Source: a virus
Direction: 5' to 3' (one strand)
Virus record (IMG/VR): IMGVR_UViG_3300017646_000001
Span: 1 to 64,000 of that record
DNA length: 64,000 nucleotides
Shown here: piece by piece, positions 20,322 through 30,678 of the stretch
Position numbering within the stretch: position 1 is the stretch's first letter
How the letters are laid out: each line of letters starts with the position of its first letter
Made by a program: the position numbers and the translations under genes
Notes under the pieces: model-generated
What the model saw: the letters and a program-made list of their open reading frames with translations, nothing else
Databases searched by the model: none
What the model was told of the DNA's origin: nothing

Positions 20322-20858
20322 ATGAAATATTACTTGTACAATGAACAGGGTTACTACACGGGCGAATCCGTGGAAAGCGAAGAGCCCGTAGAACGCGGGT
20401 TTGAATTTGAACCACAGTTTCAAAGCTTGCAACCCGGATTTGAACCCTGGTTTGATGGATTTGGATGGCGCGCAGCACCTAACTATCAATCCACCAAGTG
20501 GAAGTTTGGCGAGGCTAAAGAGCATGCACTAATGCTGGTGGCTGAAACTCGGTTTGTTTCGCAATCCCAGGAGAAATACTCGCCAGCCGAGCAGGCCACG
20601 TTCGACGCGCAGTACGCGGAAGCTCAAGTAGTGCAGAGTGGTGGTGAGCCAGGCGTATACTTACAGGCAATTTCAAACGCTACCGGAGAGCCGATAGCCG
20701 AGATCGCTTCCAAGATTATGCAGCAGCGCGCCGCTTACGACGCTGAGTTGGCACAGTTCGCTGCTCGGCTGCAGGCGCTGCGCCACCGCATCGTTCAGGC
20801 TCCTAACAAGTCCAAACTGCCGTCCTACGCTGAAATCATCCGTCTGCAAAAGGTGTAA
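20322..20858 (+). CDS. Tail fibre assembly chaperone
   Basis: YYLYNEQGYYTGE...WFDGFGW; YSPAEQATFDAQYAEA; follows fibre gene. Confidence 0.75.
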   Translation: MKYYLYNEQGYYTGESVESEEPVERGFEFEPQFQSLQPGFEPWFDGFGWRAAPNYQSTKWKFGEAKEHALMLVAETRFVSQSQEKYSPAEQATFDAQYAEAQVVQSGGEPGVYLQAISNATGEPIAEIASKIMQQRAAYDAELAQFAARLQALRHRIVQAPNKSKLPSYAEIIRLQKV

Positions 20859-20866
20859 CATACAAG

Positions 20867-22723
20867 ATGGCCACCAATTCCATACTCAGCGGTCTCGTCA
20901 GCATTCGGGGGACGATGAAAAACCGGCGCGGTACCGCGCTGGAGTGGACTGCGCTCAACCCAGTTTTGGCTAACGCCGAAATCGGGGTGGAGACGGATAC
21001 CCTGTATTTCAAAATCGGCGACGGAGTACGAGACTGGAACTCGCTGCCCTACTCTCAGGGCGACTTCATCGGCGTGATATCGGTAAACGGTCAGCAGGGC
21101 ATTGTGGTGTTGACCGCCGCTGACGTGGGAGCCCTCACACCGGAGGAGCTGGACGAAAAGGTATTCGACTCGGGCGTGCTGGAAAGCCTGGACCCAGACG
21201 CGCCCTACCCGCGCTGGAAGCATCGTCGCACTTTTAACGGCACTGTGGCTACTTCGGCTGACCTGGAACGCGGTGAGCTATACATCAGCTTTCCAGACGG
21301 CGTGTTGTACTCCAAGGACAGCGCGGATAACGTGGTACAGGTAGCGGTGGCTTTCAAAGACTACGCTACCGCTGCACGCGCTGGCCTGGTGAAAATAGAA
21401 AGCGGATCGGGCCTGACCTTGGGCACGGAAGGGGCGCTCTCGGCCAATGTGCGTTCGGTGCAAGGCAAAACGGGCGACGTTACCCTAAACGCGGACGAGA
21501 TCGGCGCGATCTCGGCCCTGTTGCTGGGGCAACCGAACGGGGTAGCCACGCTAGACGGCGCAGGCAAGGTTCCTATTGGTCAGATTCCGAACGGGAACGT
21601 CTACACTGTCAACTCCCAAGCCGGCATGCTGGCGCTGGCTCAAGCCCAGCGCGGGGACATCGCGCGTCGTACTGACAACAACACTAACTGGATCTGCTTA
21701 GGGACCGACAACTCCCAGCTCTCTGGTTGGGCTGATATCTTGTTCCCTACCGTGTCCGTGCCGGTAACTTCGGTGCTGGGCAAGGTAGGTGATGTTACGT
21801 TCGACATCAGCGAAGTACCGAACGTGGCGCAGGTAGCCATTTCCAACCAGTACAGCGACCTGGACGGTTTGCCCGACCTGGACGCGCTCACCGGACCGCC
21901 CGCTACCACCAGTTCGCTGGGTAGCGTGGTAGTGGGCGCGGGGCTAAATATTACAACGGGCGGCACGCTCTCTACCCAAATCCAAACGGTTAACGGTAAG
22001 AACGATCAAAACATTATTCTGACGGCCGAAGACATTGGCGCTTTGGATGCCACCACGATTGGCGCGCAGGGCGGCGTAGCTGGTCCGTTAGACGAAGACC
22101 CCGACGAAGACCCCGACGACCCCATTCTGTCCGACTACCAATACGGTCGGCTGCTGGAAGATCAGCTACCTATGAGCGGTTGGTTCACTGCTGGTACCTG
22201 GAATCCACTAAATGGGGTCACTACCCGCACCATTTCGTTGTCGGGTGGTTATACTGCTACGGTTAGGCTTAAGGACGGTGGCCTACTGCAGCTGGACTGG
22301 AACGACGGAACGGACGAACAAACGCTGGACGTGCCCGCTGATACCGGCGTATATGTGGTGTCTGGTAATCCTTCTGGTTCCACTGTTACTCTAGATGGGG
22401 TCACGGATTGGGGTCCAGGAGATCTGGCCGTAGCTGTAAACGGAGCGTGGCGACGGATTTCAACCCAACCACTAATGGATAGCTGGGTGGACCTTACGTT
22501 AAGCTCTGGAGCAACCGCCCCGCTAAACGGCTTTCCCGAGCATCTGTTGGATTTTACGTCTACAACGGTGTTGGTTCGAGTACAGGATGACGTGGACCCC
22601 GACAAGTGGTATGACGCCTCTGGCGTAGCTACTGTTACGTATGACGAATCCGGCAATTGGTCGCTTACCAACAACGATCCGACCCGCACGCTGAATTTCC
22701 GTTATCGATACGTGAGGCTGTAA
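20867..22723 (+). CDS. Fibre protein with Mtd_N-like N-terminus and VxSVNGxxGxV tail repeats
   Basis: RRGTALEWTALNPVLANAEIGVETDT..FKIGDG...WNSLPY; four V.SV.GK.G.V-type repeats; GVATLDGAGKVP. Confidence 0.85.
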   Translation: MATNSILSGLVSIRGTMKNRRGTALEWTALNPVLANAEIGVETDTLYFKIGDGVRDWNSLPYSQGDFIGVISVNGQQGIVVLTAADVGALTPEELDEKVFDSGVLESLDPDAPYPRWKHRRTFNGTVATSADLERGELYISFPDGVLYSKDSADNVVQVAVAFKDYATAARAGLVKIESGSGLTLGTEGALSANVRSVQGKTGDVTLNADEIGAISALLLGQPNGVATLDGAGKVPIGQIPNGNVYTVNSQAGMLALAQAQRGDIARRTDNNTNWICLGTDNSQLSGWADILFPTVSVPVTSVLGKVGDVTFDISEVPNVAQVAISNQYSDLDGLPDLDALTGPPATTSSLGSVVVGAGLNITTGGTLSTQIQTVNGKNDQNIILTAEDIGALDATTIGAQGGVAGPLDEDPDEDPDDPILSDYQYGRLLEDQLPMSGWFTAGTWNPLNGVTTRTISLSGGYTATVRLKDGGLLQLDWNDGTDEQTLDVPADTGVYVVSGNPSGSTVTLDGVTDWGPGDLAVAVNGAWRRISTQPLMDSWVDLTLSSGATAPLNGFPEHLLDFTSTTVLVRVQDDVDPDKWYDASGVATVTYDESGNWSLTNNDPTRTLNFRYRYVRL

Positions 22724-22724
22724 C

Positions 22725-24281
22725 GTGGCGCGCCTCACGCTAACACCGCCGCCCGGACTATACACGACGCCGCAAACCGTAGTGGTGTCTAGTTCGGACC
22801 CAGATGTGACCGGCGTGCTGGTTACTACGTCTGGGGATGATCCCGTTTTCGTTAAGACGGTAGCGTCATCTACTAAGTATTCCACTCCCTACCCTTATAG
22901 CCAAACAATCGAGGACGGGCGCGGCCGGGCGGTGTTCGATGGAGCATTTGCCAAGGCGTACAACTCTCACTGGAGCGCCATTACGCCCGCTCCAGCTTCC
23001 GCCAATGATTTGACCTCCGAATTGCGCTTATTGCACAACGGACTAAAATTCGTATTAAATGGTGGTACGCGCTTATTGGTGTTGGGTGATAAGGGAACTG
23101 TATCAGATTCGGGTACTACTAATTACTTCGTAAAAGGTACCGGCAACAGCGATTTTAGCACAGCATTAACAGGAGTGGCAGGAATACTAGGCGCTACCAT
23201 TACAATTAAGGATCGAGACGACTATTCGGACAACCTGCTAGACCCTACGTTTGCTGAGCTATCCAACTATGACGCCGTGTTGCTGATATCCAGCAACACC
23301 ACCGGCAGCACTCCAACGCCGCCTTCGCCACGCTACATTACTAACGCAGGCGTTTCCAATTTGGCTCAGGCTCGGCGGTCTGGTATGGGCATATATGTCC
23401 TGACAGATAACGGAGGCACGACAGAAGGTTCTGAAGATCGGTATCCCGAATCTTTTTATGCTACAGCCAATTATGTGCTAGCCGGTATTACCAACGCTAA
23501 TTTCCAGGGTCGATTTGATTTCTCACCCGGCGAAACAGTGTTGTACAATAAGACCGAGCATGGGGATTCCCCGTTATTCGAAGGCATGGCGGACACCGAT
23601 ATTGTGTTCGCTTCGACGTCAGACTCGTACGTCAACCAAGACGTAACCGCCCCAAGCACGCTGCCAGTTAACGTGTCCGTCGAAGAAGGGTACACCACCG
23701 TTAAATTTGCCGTACTGCTAACCGACGGCAGCATCGAGTTTGAGCAATACGGCTATAACGTAGGCCAGCCTCCTATTATCGAACTTATAGACGATAACGG
23801 AGACCCTATCGAGTCTTGGCCTCCTACTATACTGAAGTCTCGTGTTGTGCGCTTCGAGTACCTGCCCGGAGAGTTTGGCAACGCTTCTGGGTTTGTCAAG
23901 GTAGGAGACGTGGTAGTAGGAGAATTTTCCAACCTACCAGCAGGGGATATGTCGGGCATTTCTTGGCTGGATACTAGCTATACTAGCTCGTCCAACCCAG
24001 GCGTAATCACTACCCACGGCGATAGCCCAGACGTGCACGTAGAACTAACGGAACCGGTAGTGTTTGACTACGTGTGGAACATTAACCGCATGATTCCTGG
24101 AGCGCCCGACCTGTTGCGTCCGGCTGAATTCATTCAGAGTCTCAACCAGCTAGAATTCGCCTCCAATACCGACCCGTTAGGCCCTTTGCTAAAAGCGCGT
24201 GATTCTCTTAGCGGTTCGGTAGATCCCAGTCTGACGTTACCCGCTTTGTGCCTGTCGGTGTATGACGCTCTTATCGAGTAG
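22725..24281 (+). CDS. Virion-associated protein with N-terminal Fn3/chitobiase-like segment
   Basis: TPPPGLYTTPQTVVVSS...TTSGDDP; lies in fibre cluster. Confidence 0.5.
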   Translation: MARLTLTPPPGLYTTPQTVVVSSSDPDVTGVLVTTSGDDPVFVKTVASSTKYSTPYPYSQTIEDGRGRAVFDGAFAKAYNSHWSAITPAPASANDLTSELRLLHNGLKFVLNGGTRLLVLGDKGTVSDSGTTNYFVKGTGNSDFSTALTGVAGILGATITIKDRDDYSDNLLDPTFAELSNYDAVLLISSNTTGSTPTPPSPRYITNAGVSNLAQARRSGMGIYVLTDNGGTTEGSEDRYPESFYATANYVLAGITNANFQGRFDFSPGETVLYNKTEHGDSPLFEGMADTDIVFASTSDSYVNQDVTAPSTLPVNVSVEEGYTTVKFAVLLTDGSIEFEQYGYNVGQPPIIELIDDNGDPIESWPPTILKSRVVRFEYLPGEFGNASGFVKVGDVVVGEFSNLPAGDMSGISWLDTSYTSSSNPGVITTHGDSPDVHVELTEPVVFDYVWNINRMIPGAPDLLRPAEFIQSLNQLEFASNTDPLGPLLKARDSLSGSVDPSLTLPALCLSVYDALIE

Positions 24282-24314
24282 TCTCGATAACTGTTCCTGT
24301 AAATTGAGGTAAAC

Positions 24315-25076
24315 ATGGAACGACTTTACAACGGCGTGGTAGCGCGGCTAACGGCAGAGGTAGACGCCACCAATGATCTACTCGCGTTCGAGATGGTCAA
24401 GGGTACGATGCCAACCGAAGCCGAGTTTCGTGTTATCATCGGTGAAGAAATCTGTCGGGTGCTGGAAGTAACGGGCACTACGCTGCGAGTAGAGCGTGAA
24501 GCTGAGGGCACGACGTCCGCTTCTTATCAAATCGGCACGTACATCTACCTGATCGTCACGGCCGGAGCGCTGGAAGCACACCGCAATCAGCCTGTTCCCG
24601 ATACGCAAGCACTGCTGCACAAAGCGGCCGACGACGCGGTACGCTTTCTGGTAAGTTTATCTCAGCTGACGGAATCTCGTACCTATACGTTACCGAACAA
24701 AAACGGCGTGCTGGTGGTGTACTCTGACCTAGAAGGGCATATGAATGCCACGGGTTCAGACGTACACGGGCTAGGCACATTGTCCACCCAAGCTGCAGAC
24801 TCGGTGGACATATCGGGTGGTTCCATTAATGGAACCGAAATCGGTCAGAACGAGCCTGCCCCTGGTCGGTTTAGCACTCTGAATTCTGAAGAAATTATTC
24901 AGGTGGATGGCCAACCCGTCCTCAACACGCCAGCCCCCAACTGGCAGGAACCGCAAGGCTCAGACTCTCGGGTGTCTTTTGACCCCGCAAGCGTGGATCT
25001 GCCCACCCTGGCTACCGTAGTGGCCACTCTGATGCGGGACCTAATGAATCATCACCAAATCCTGAAGAAGACATAA
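24315..25076 (+). CDS. Putative virion structural/fibre protein
   Basis: GAGGT RBS; EEI.RV......L.V.R..EGT and GLGTLSTQAADSVDISGGSINGT.IG fibre motifs. Confidence 0.6.
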   Translation: MERLYNGVVARLTAEVDATNDLLAFEMVKGTMPTEAEFRVIIGEEICRVLEVTGTTLRVEREAEGTTSASYQIGTYIYLIVTAGALEAHRNQPVPDTQALLHKAADDAVRFLVSLSQLTESRTYTLPNKNGVLVVYSDLEGHMNATGSDVHGLGTLSTQAADSVDISGGSINGTEIGQNEPAPGRFSTLNSEEIIQVDGQPVLNTPAPNWQEPQGSDSRVSFDPASVDLPTLATVVATLMRDLMNHHQILKKT

Positions 25077-25094
25077 CCCGCGCGGTTTCGTCAT

Positions 25095-25580
25095 ATGGCT
25101 ACTAAACGATCTCCCCGCCGTTCCAGCTCGTCCTATTCCCGCTACCGTCGCTCTTTTTGGGACAATTGTCCTCAAACGGTGCGAGAAATCCTGGAAACCC
25201 TGTTTGAAGGAAAAACGGGTGCGTTAAGCCTGTGCTTATTAGTGTACAGCATCGTGTGGGCGGCGACGGTGATGATCCCCACGCCTCAAAATCCCAGCTT
25301 CTCCTATTCGTTGTGGTGGCTTAATATCGATCAAAAGATCTTTGCCATTGTACTAGTTACAGCCGCCATGGTGCAGTACTACTGTAGTCTGGCCTGCCGG
25401 TGTCCCGAATGGATGAAACTGTGTATTAGTCTCGTCGTCTTTTTCTTGATTGTCAACCTATCCTATCGGTCTGTCGTGGATTACGTGGAAAATCACACCA
25501 CTTCCTTGCCCGGCGACCTAGTAGTATTCTTTATTTCTATTCTAATCGTCAGCCGGCGCATTGCCCGGGTACGATTCTAA
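25095..25580 (+). CDS. Multi-pass membrane protein, putative holin
   Basis: About four hydrophobic segments, basic N-terminus, near endolysin. Confidence 0.55.
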   Translation: MATKRSPRRSSSSYSRYRRSFWDNCPQTVREILETLFEGKTGALSLCLLVYSIVWAATVMIPTPQNPSFSYSLWWLNIDQKIFAIVLVTAAMVQYYCSLACRCPEWMKLCISLVVFFLIVNLSYRSVVDYVENHTTSLPGDLVVFFISILIVSRRIARVRF

Positions 25581-25599
25581 CCGCGTAGGTTGACGCGCG

Positions 25600-25998
25600 A
25601 TGTCCGAAGATATGTCGACCCAGTGGATCGGGGAAATTCTTAAGGGTAGCCCCACTGCTGTCGGAGCTGGGTTCCTGGGAATCTTGTACTTCGCGTATCG
25701 CATATACTTGATGATTAAGAGCGATACGCGCTCCGAGCGGCAAGCCGATCAGTTGGCTAACGCCAACCAAACTATGATTGACAACTTGCAAAAGGAAGTC
25801 ACTCGCTTGGCCAGTATTGTGCAGGTCTGTCAGGACGATATCGGTAAGCTACGCGAAGATAAGCTGAATTTGCAAAGCGAGTTGCTCATTATCAAGTCGC
25901 AGAACACTCAACTGATTCAAGAAAATCAGCATCTACGTTCAATGCTAAACATGCCGCTGCGCACTGCCCCGCCGGGTGCGGTTCCTGGTACTTCATAA
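25600..25998 (+). CDS. Single-TM coiled-coil protein, putative holin/antiholin
   Basis: One N-terminal TM helix then heptads; directly upstream of endolysin. Confidence 0.55.
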   Translation: MSEDMSTQWIGEILKGSPTAVGAGFLGILYFAYRIYLMIKSDTRSERQADQLANANQTMIDNLQKEVTRLASIVQVCQDDIGKLREDKLNLQSELLIIKSQNTQLIQENQHLRSMLNMPLRTAPPGAVPGTS

Positions 25999-26034
25999 CC
26001 GGGCTTCACTTTTCCAGGAGACCGCATAGGTGCT

Positions 26035-26694
26035 ATGATGCAAATCACCCTGGAACAGCTACAGCGATGCACGGCGGGCATGAGGCCCGCCTTTGACTTA
26101 GAGCAAATCGCAGTATCGGTAAACGAAACCGCTGCTCGATTCGAATTGGACAGCAAAAGCCGACTAGCTCACTTTCTGGCTCAAGTTATCTACGAAACGC
26201 AAAACCTCACCAAGTTCGTGGAAAACCTGTACTACACTACGCCCGAGCGGTTGGTCACGGTGTGGCCCAGCCGCTTCACGATGACGCCGGATAGTGCAGA
26301 TGGTAAACGATACGCGCCTGACTACGTGCGTAATCCCGCTAAGCTGGCCAGCGCAGTGTACGCGGGTCGGTATGGTAACGGCGACGAGGCTTCGGGCGAC
26401 GGTGGGCGGTTCTTAGGTCGTGGTCCGATGCACCTGACATTCCGGGATAACTACGCGCGCTGCAGTCAGTATCTGTATAATAATGACCGTCTGGTGCAGA
26501 ATCCCGAAGAAGTGTCGGACAACATTGAAACCGGCATGCTTACGGCTGGTTGGTTCTTTGCCGTGGAAAAGAAGCTGAATCCGCATGCCGACCGTGGCGA
26601 CCTCGATACGATCACGCTGCGCGTGAACGGTAGTACGCGCACCGTGCCTGAACGCCGCGCTGTACTGACCAAGGTAGTGAGGGCGCTCGGATAA
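26035..26694 (+). CDS. Endolysin, glycoside hydrolase family 19
   Basis: LAHFLAQVIYET, ENLYY, YGNGDEASGDG.RFLGRG..HLTFRDNY. Confidence 0.93.
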   Translation: MMQITLEQLQRCTAGMRPAFDLEQIAVSVNETAARFELDSKSRLAHFLAQVIYETQNLTKFVENLYYTTPERLVTVWPSRFTMTPDSADGKRYAPDYVRNPAKLASAVYAGRYGNGDEASGDGGRFLGRGPMHLTFRDNYARCSQYLYNNDRLVQNPEEVSDNIETGMLTAGWFFAVEKKLNPHADRGDLDTITLRVNGSTRTVPERRAVLTKVVRALG

Positions 26695-27260
26695 TGGCCT
26701 TCCTGGACGACAGCCCGTTCGTACGCATTCAGGGCCAGCTCTCGTTACGCCGCTCCACAGCGGCTGAGTGGGAGTTTGCCAACCCAGTTCTGAAGGATGG
26801 GGAGTTCGGTTATGAACGCGACACTCGCTCGCTCAAGATCGGCGATGGCACGACGCCGTGGAACGAGCTTCCATACGTTAACCCCGGAAACCTCACCGCC
26901 AACATTTACCAGTTGGCCATCAGTATTCCCTACACGCTGGAAGGCGACACCACGCCTTACTACATTAAGCTCAACGAGCGGCTTCGGCTCACGGGAACCG
27001 ACCCGCGACACGTAGTGTCGGCCCGCCCAGGAGGCGCACCACAGGGCGGGGACGTAGAACTGAGCTTACGTCTTAACCAAGTGCACATCGGCGCGCTACG
27101 ATACTTGAACGGTAACCGCACCGGCCAGCTGGTCTTGGATCAAAACATCACTACTTTATTACCGGGTGCGGAGTTGTCCATTGTCGCCCCAACCAACGTA
27201 TACGGCTTAAACGGGTTGGGCATCGTGCTCAGCTTCGCCATTCTTCCCAATCCCGCTTAA
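26694..27260 (+). CDS. Short Mtd_N-domain virion protein
   Basis: RRSTAAEWEFANPVLKDGEFGYERDT..LKIGDGTTPWNELPY. Confidence 0.8.
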   Translation: MAFLDDSPFVRIQGQLSLRRSTAAEWEFANPVLKDGEFGYERDTRSLKIGDGTTPWNELPYVNPGNLTANIYQLAISIPYTLEGDTTPYYIKLNERLRLTGTDPRHVVSARPGGAPQGGDVELSLRLNQVHIGALRYLNGNRTGQLVLDQNITTLLPGAELSIVAPTNVYGLNGLGIVLSFAILPNPA

Positions 27261-27277
27261 TCACAGGAATCTCCACC

Positions 27278-28276
27278 ATGTTGCGCTTTTTCGACAGCTT
27301 CGCTCAATACGCTCCTAAGGGCACGAGCTTCGCCACGATCAACAACATCTTCTCCACCGGGTATATCCTGGAGACGAGCGGCGGTTCTATCGTGTTCAAC
27401 GACGGGTTTGAAACGGACGGTGTGGCGGTGTACCTAGGCCGCACTCCTTCGGGCACGGCACGCATGGAGCGCCGGTTCGAGTCGACCGACGACGTCGTAA
27501 TCATCGGCTACGAGTTCAAGAGCACGATCCGCGAAGCGGTGACGTTTCGCATCCCCGACGTCCTGGACCTGGAGTGGCCCGACAAAATGGGCATCAACGG
27601 CGTGTACGGCGGCGCAATCCCCATTCTGAACACGCCTTACTACGTCGAACTCAAGCTCACCAAGTCGACCAAAGAAGTGGTGATGAAGCTCAATGGGTAC
27701 GATTATCTGACTACGTCGTTGCCCAGCGAAGTTGAAATCCCCGACATTTTGCGCTGCATCTGGGGCTGGGACGCTACGGGAGCAACTGCTCAAATGGCCG
27801 TATCGAACCTATACTTCGCAGACGGTGCGGCAGGCAAATACACCGACTTCATTGGCCCGGTGGCAATCAAGACTGATCGGCCCACTGCTTCGTACGACGA
27901 TCCTCCGACCTGGACGCCGGTTCCGCCCGAAAAGACCAATGTGCAGATTATGAACAATCTGCCCCCGTTGGCCTCCGAATACACTCAAAGCGATCAAGTG
28001 AACTCGCGCGACTACTACACGTCGTCCAACCCCGTGACCGGCGAAGTTCTAGCTGTGGCGGTGTCGTCTCTGGTAGGCAAGACCGACATCGACGACCAAC
28101 GCGTGACGCTCGGCATCGAACACGACGACACCAACCGTGAAGGCGAAGAGATTCCCGTCGCTGTACAGCCCGGCTACATCCAAACCGTGTTCGAGCAAGA
28201 CGCGCTCGAACAAGACTGGACGGCGCAAACCGCGCAGGATGTTGCTTTCGGCATCACCATTCAACCGCGAGCGTAA
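27278..28276 (+). CDS. Virion protein paralogue 1 (lectin-like N-domain plus conserved C-domain)
   Basis: FFDSFAQY start; YYVELK; VLAVAV...WT....VAFGI end; strongly C/G-ending codons. Confidence 0.7.
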   Translation: MLRFFDSFAQYAPKGTSFATINNIFSTGYILETSGGSIVFNDGFETDGVAVYLGRTPSGTARMERRFESTDDVVIIGYEFKSTIREAVTFRIPDVLDLEWPDKMGINGVYGGAIPILNTPYYVELKLTKSTKEVVMKLNGYDYLTTSLPSEVEIPDILRCIWGWDATGATAQMAVSNLYFADGAAGKYTDFIGPVAIKTDRPTASYDDPPTWTPVPPEKTNVQIMNNLPPLASEYTQSDQVNSRDYYTSSNPVTGEVLAVAVSSLVGKTDIDDQRVTLGIEHDDTNREGEEIPVAVQPGYIQTVFEQDALEQDWTAQTAQDVAFGITIQPRA

Positions 28277-28279
28277 GCC

Positions 28280-29527
28280 ATGGCAGTCAAATGGATGGAT
28301 AACTTCGAGGGGTACGAAACTCCCCTTAACGGCAATTTAAACGGAAACGCTTTGCCGTTTCCGTCTGGATTTTTGCAGCGCAATTATCAAATTACCGGCG
28401 GATTTGCAAACGTTGGATCGGCATCTCAGTTCCCAAGAATTACCACGGGCGTGTCCACGGTGCCGGAAGATCGACCATGCTTATACGCTCCGCGAAACCT
28501 ACAAGCGCAATCTATTAACGATTGGCAGATTAGTCGACCACTTCGTAACGTGATTTCCGGCGACACTACTGTATACGTAGGTCACAAAATAGTAGGGTTA
28601 TTGTCTTCCAGCGCGGATGGATACAATACTGCTAACATGGGAGTGGCGTGGGTAGACCCTGTTGGCGGAACTGAGGCCAGTCTGATCTTAGGGATTTACA
28701 TTGTATCCCGCGCGCTAATTCGAGTTGTATATGCTGACTCGGATGGTACATGTCAGCACGTTAGCATCAGTCTATCCGTTCCGATGTCGGGCCAATATGA
28801 CACCATTGAATACGCCTTTCGCAAACGCAGCGAAATATTGGGTGACTACACCAACTTCACAATGTGGGTAAACAATCGCATTGCTTACTCTAGCGATATC
28901 TTTAACAATGTAGGTTCAATAGAAGGCCTACATTGGATGGTAATGGGAAATAAACGGGTGGTTGCTCAGGGCGGCAGCGTTCCAGAAGGGTATGTTTCCT
29001 TAGCAAACAACAATTATCTCACTATGGGATACGGCATCACTGACTTCTATATTTCTAACAACAAGGAAGGCGTAAACGTCGGTCGCATGGGCAAGGTACG
29101 CGTTACTAGTCGCATGCCAAACGCCGACGCCGGGCCCAATCAATTTACGCGTAGCGCAGGTGCAGTCGATATTCCTAGCAACGCGGGCGTGGTCGCGCTA
29201 ATTCCGCCGGATACGAACCGGTATTTGTATGGTGTGGGCGCGGGCGACCAAGACATGTACGGCGCGGCTCCGTTCCCAGCTCTGGGTAGTGAAGCCGTCA
29301 AGGCTGTCATGGTGCGGTTCGTAGGCTCTAAAAACGATCCTACCGGGTTTGATCTCAGCTCCGTGCTACGATTAGGCGAAGATGAGTACGAACAGCCGTT
29401 GACGCCGCTGGCTACCGAGCCCACTTACAGCAACGCAGTGCTGAACTTGAATCCGGCCACCAATCTACCATGGACGCCTACCGAAGCCAATAATACTCAA
29501 TTTGGCGTGAAGTTGGTCGGCGCGTAG
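28280..29527 (+). CDS. Virion protein paralogue 2
   Basis: WMDNFEGY start; VKAVMV...NPATNLPWTPTEANNTQFGV end. Confidence 0.7.
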   Translation: MAVKWMDNFEGYETPLNGNLNGNALPFPSGFLQRNYQITGGFANVGSASQFPRITTGVSTVPEDRPCLYAPRNLQAQSINDWQISRPLRNVISGDTTVYVGHKIVGLLSSSADGYNTANMGVAWVDPVGGTEASLILGIYIVSRALIRVVYADSDGTCQHVSISLSVPMSGQYDTIEYAFRKRSEILGDYTNFTMWVNNRIAYSSDIFNNVGSIEGLHWMVMGNKRVVAQGGSVPEGYVSLANNNYLTMGYGITDFYISNNKEGVNVGRMGKVRVTSRMPNADAGPNQFTRSAGAVDIPSNAGVVALIPPDTNRYLYGVGAGDQDMYGAAPFPALGSEAVKAVMVRFVGSKNDPTGFDLSSVLRLGEDEYEQPLTPLATEPTYSNAVLNLNPATNLPWTPTEANNTQFGVKLVGA

Positions 29528-29536
29528 GGGTACAGC

Positions 29537-30676
29537 ATGCCGATGGAAATTCTGTACGCTGAAGGGTTTAGCGGTGACGTTGGGCTAGTGTCCGCGCAAA
29601 GCGCCAGCACTAATAGCTTTTATGCGCGCACTGGTGGATTACGGTATGGGTTATGGCCGGCTGATGCCATAATATATGATCCTGTGGAGGCCCGGCCAGG
29701 CGGATCAGGTTATTATCTCAACATCGTAGGTTCATCGGGTAATACTAATATTCTAGCCATTGATAATACTACTGTGTACCGACCTACCGGTATAGGACTT
29801 AGAAGTTTGGCTAAAAACGGGCGTCTTTCTTTATCTTGGGCTGGCAAAGGCGCGCCTGTCTCTAACATCAACGGTATGGGATTTCGTCGGTTACCTAACA
29901 GCGGTACGACATATTTTGGCGTAACGATTAGCAGAAGTAATTTAGATTTATCGGTGATTTGCGGAAACGTGTATAATACCGGATACACAGTGGACCCTGC
30001 CGTCTGGAAGCATTATGAGATAATTTGGGAGGCGGATGATCCTTTAGCTGGGGATGGAGTAGGCAAAATTTACGTCGTGGCGGATGAAGAGCTGGTATAT
30101 ACGGGGGCCGCAACCCTACCGAATGTTACTGTAGAGCATGGGTTTTCCTATATCCGTACCAGTAGTTCTGGTAACACTAGCACTTCGGTAGGTCCGGCAC
30201 AAACACAAATTTCAGACCTAATCATTGCATGTGGCGGTAATCCTGGCGATCGCATCGGCCCTGCCTACGTGTTAGCGGCTACACCTACCGAAGTTCTAGG
30301 AGACGGGTGGAGCCCACAACCCACAGGAAACCTGTTGGGCAATGTGAATAAGAATACGGGACTAGATTTTGGGACGTATAATCGAACGGAACAGTACGAT
30401 AAGCGCCTGTCATTAAACTCTGGCCTGGAACTAGCCCCTGATGCTGCAGTTTTAGCGGTGCGAGTCCTGCAAAGCACTCAATCCACGTCCACTATAGATC
30501 GCACTGCAATTGATGTGAATGAAGAAACCGTGCACGAGTATGTGCACGCCAATGCTAATACTCCCGTACTATCGGTCACACCGTGGTTGTTTACGGATCC
30601 TACTGACGACCAACCTTGGACGCCTGAGAAAATCGAAAGCTTGACGTTTGGCGTCACCAAAAAGCAGGCGGCCTGA
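29537..30676 (+). CDS. Virion protein paralogue 3
   Basis: YAEGFSG start; WKHYEIIWE LamG-like strand; VLAVRV...DPTDDQPWT....LTFGV end. Confidence 0.7.
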   Translation: MPMEILYAEGFSGDVGLVSAQSASTNSFYARTGGLRYGLWPADAIIYDPVEARPGGSGYYLNIVGSSGNTNILAIDNTTVYRPTGIGLRSLAKNGRLSLSWAGKGAPVSNINGMGFRRLPNSGTTYFGVTISRSNLDLSVICGNVYNTGYTVDPAVWKHYEIIWEADDPLAGDGVGKIYVVADEELVYTGAATLPNVTVEHGFSYIRTSSSGNTSTSVGPAQTQISDLIIACGGNPGDRIGPAYVLAATPTEVLGDGWSPQPTGNLLGNVNKNTGLDFGTYNRTEQYDKRLSLNSGLELAPDAAVLAVRVLQSTQSTSTIDRTAIDVNEETVHEYVHANANTPVLSVTPWLFTDPTDDQPWTPEKIESLTFGVTKKQAA

Positions 30677-30678
30677 CC

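Noticed and set aside
22091-22123. 12-bp tandem repeat gacgaagacccc
   Set aside because: Simple in-frame DEDP linker expansion
20867-27260. Diversity-generating retroelement suggested by Mtd_N domains
   Set aside because: No reverse transcriptase and no adenine-variable repeat pair seen in the window
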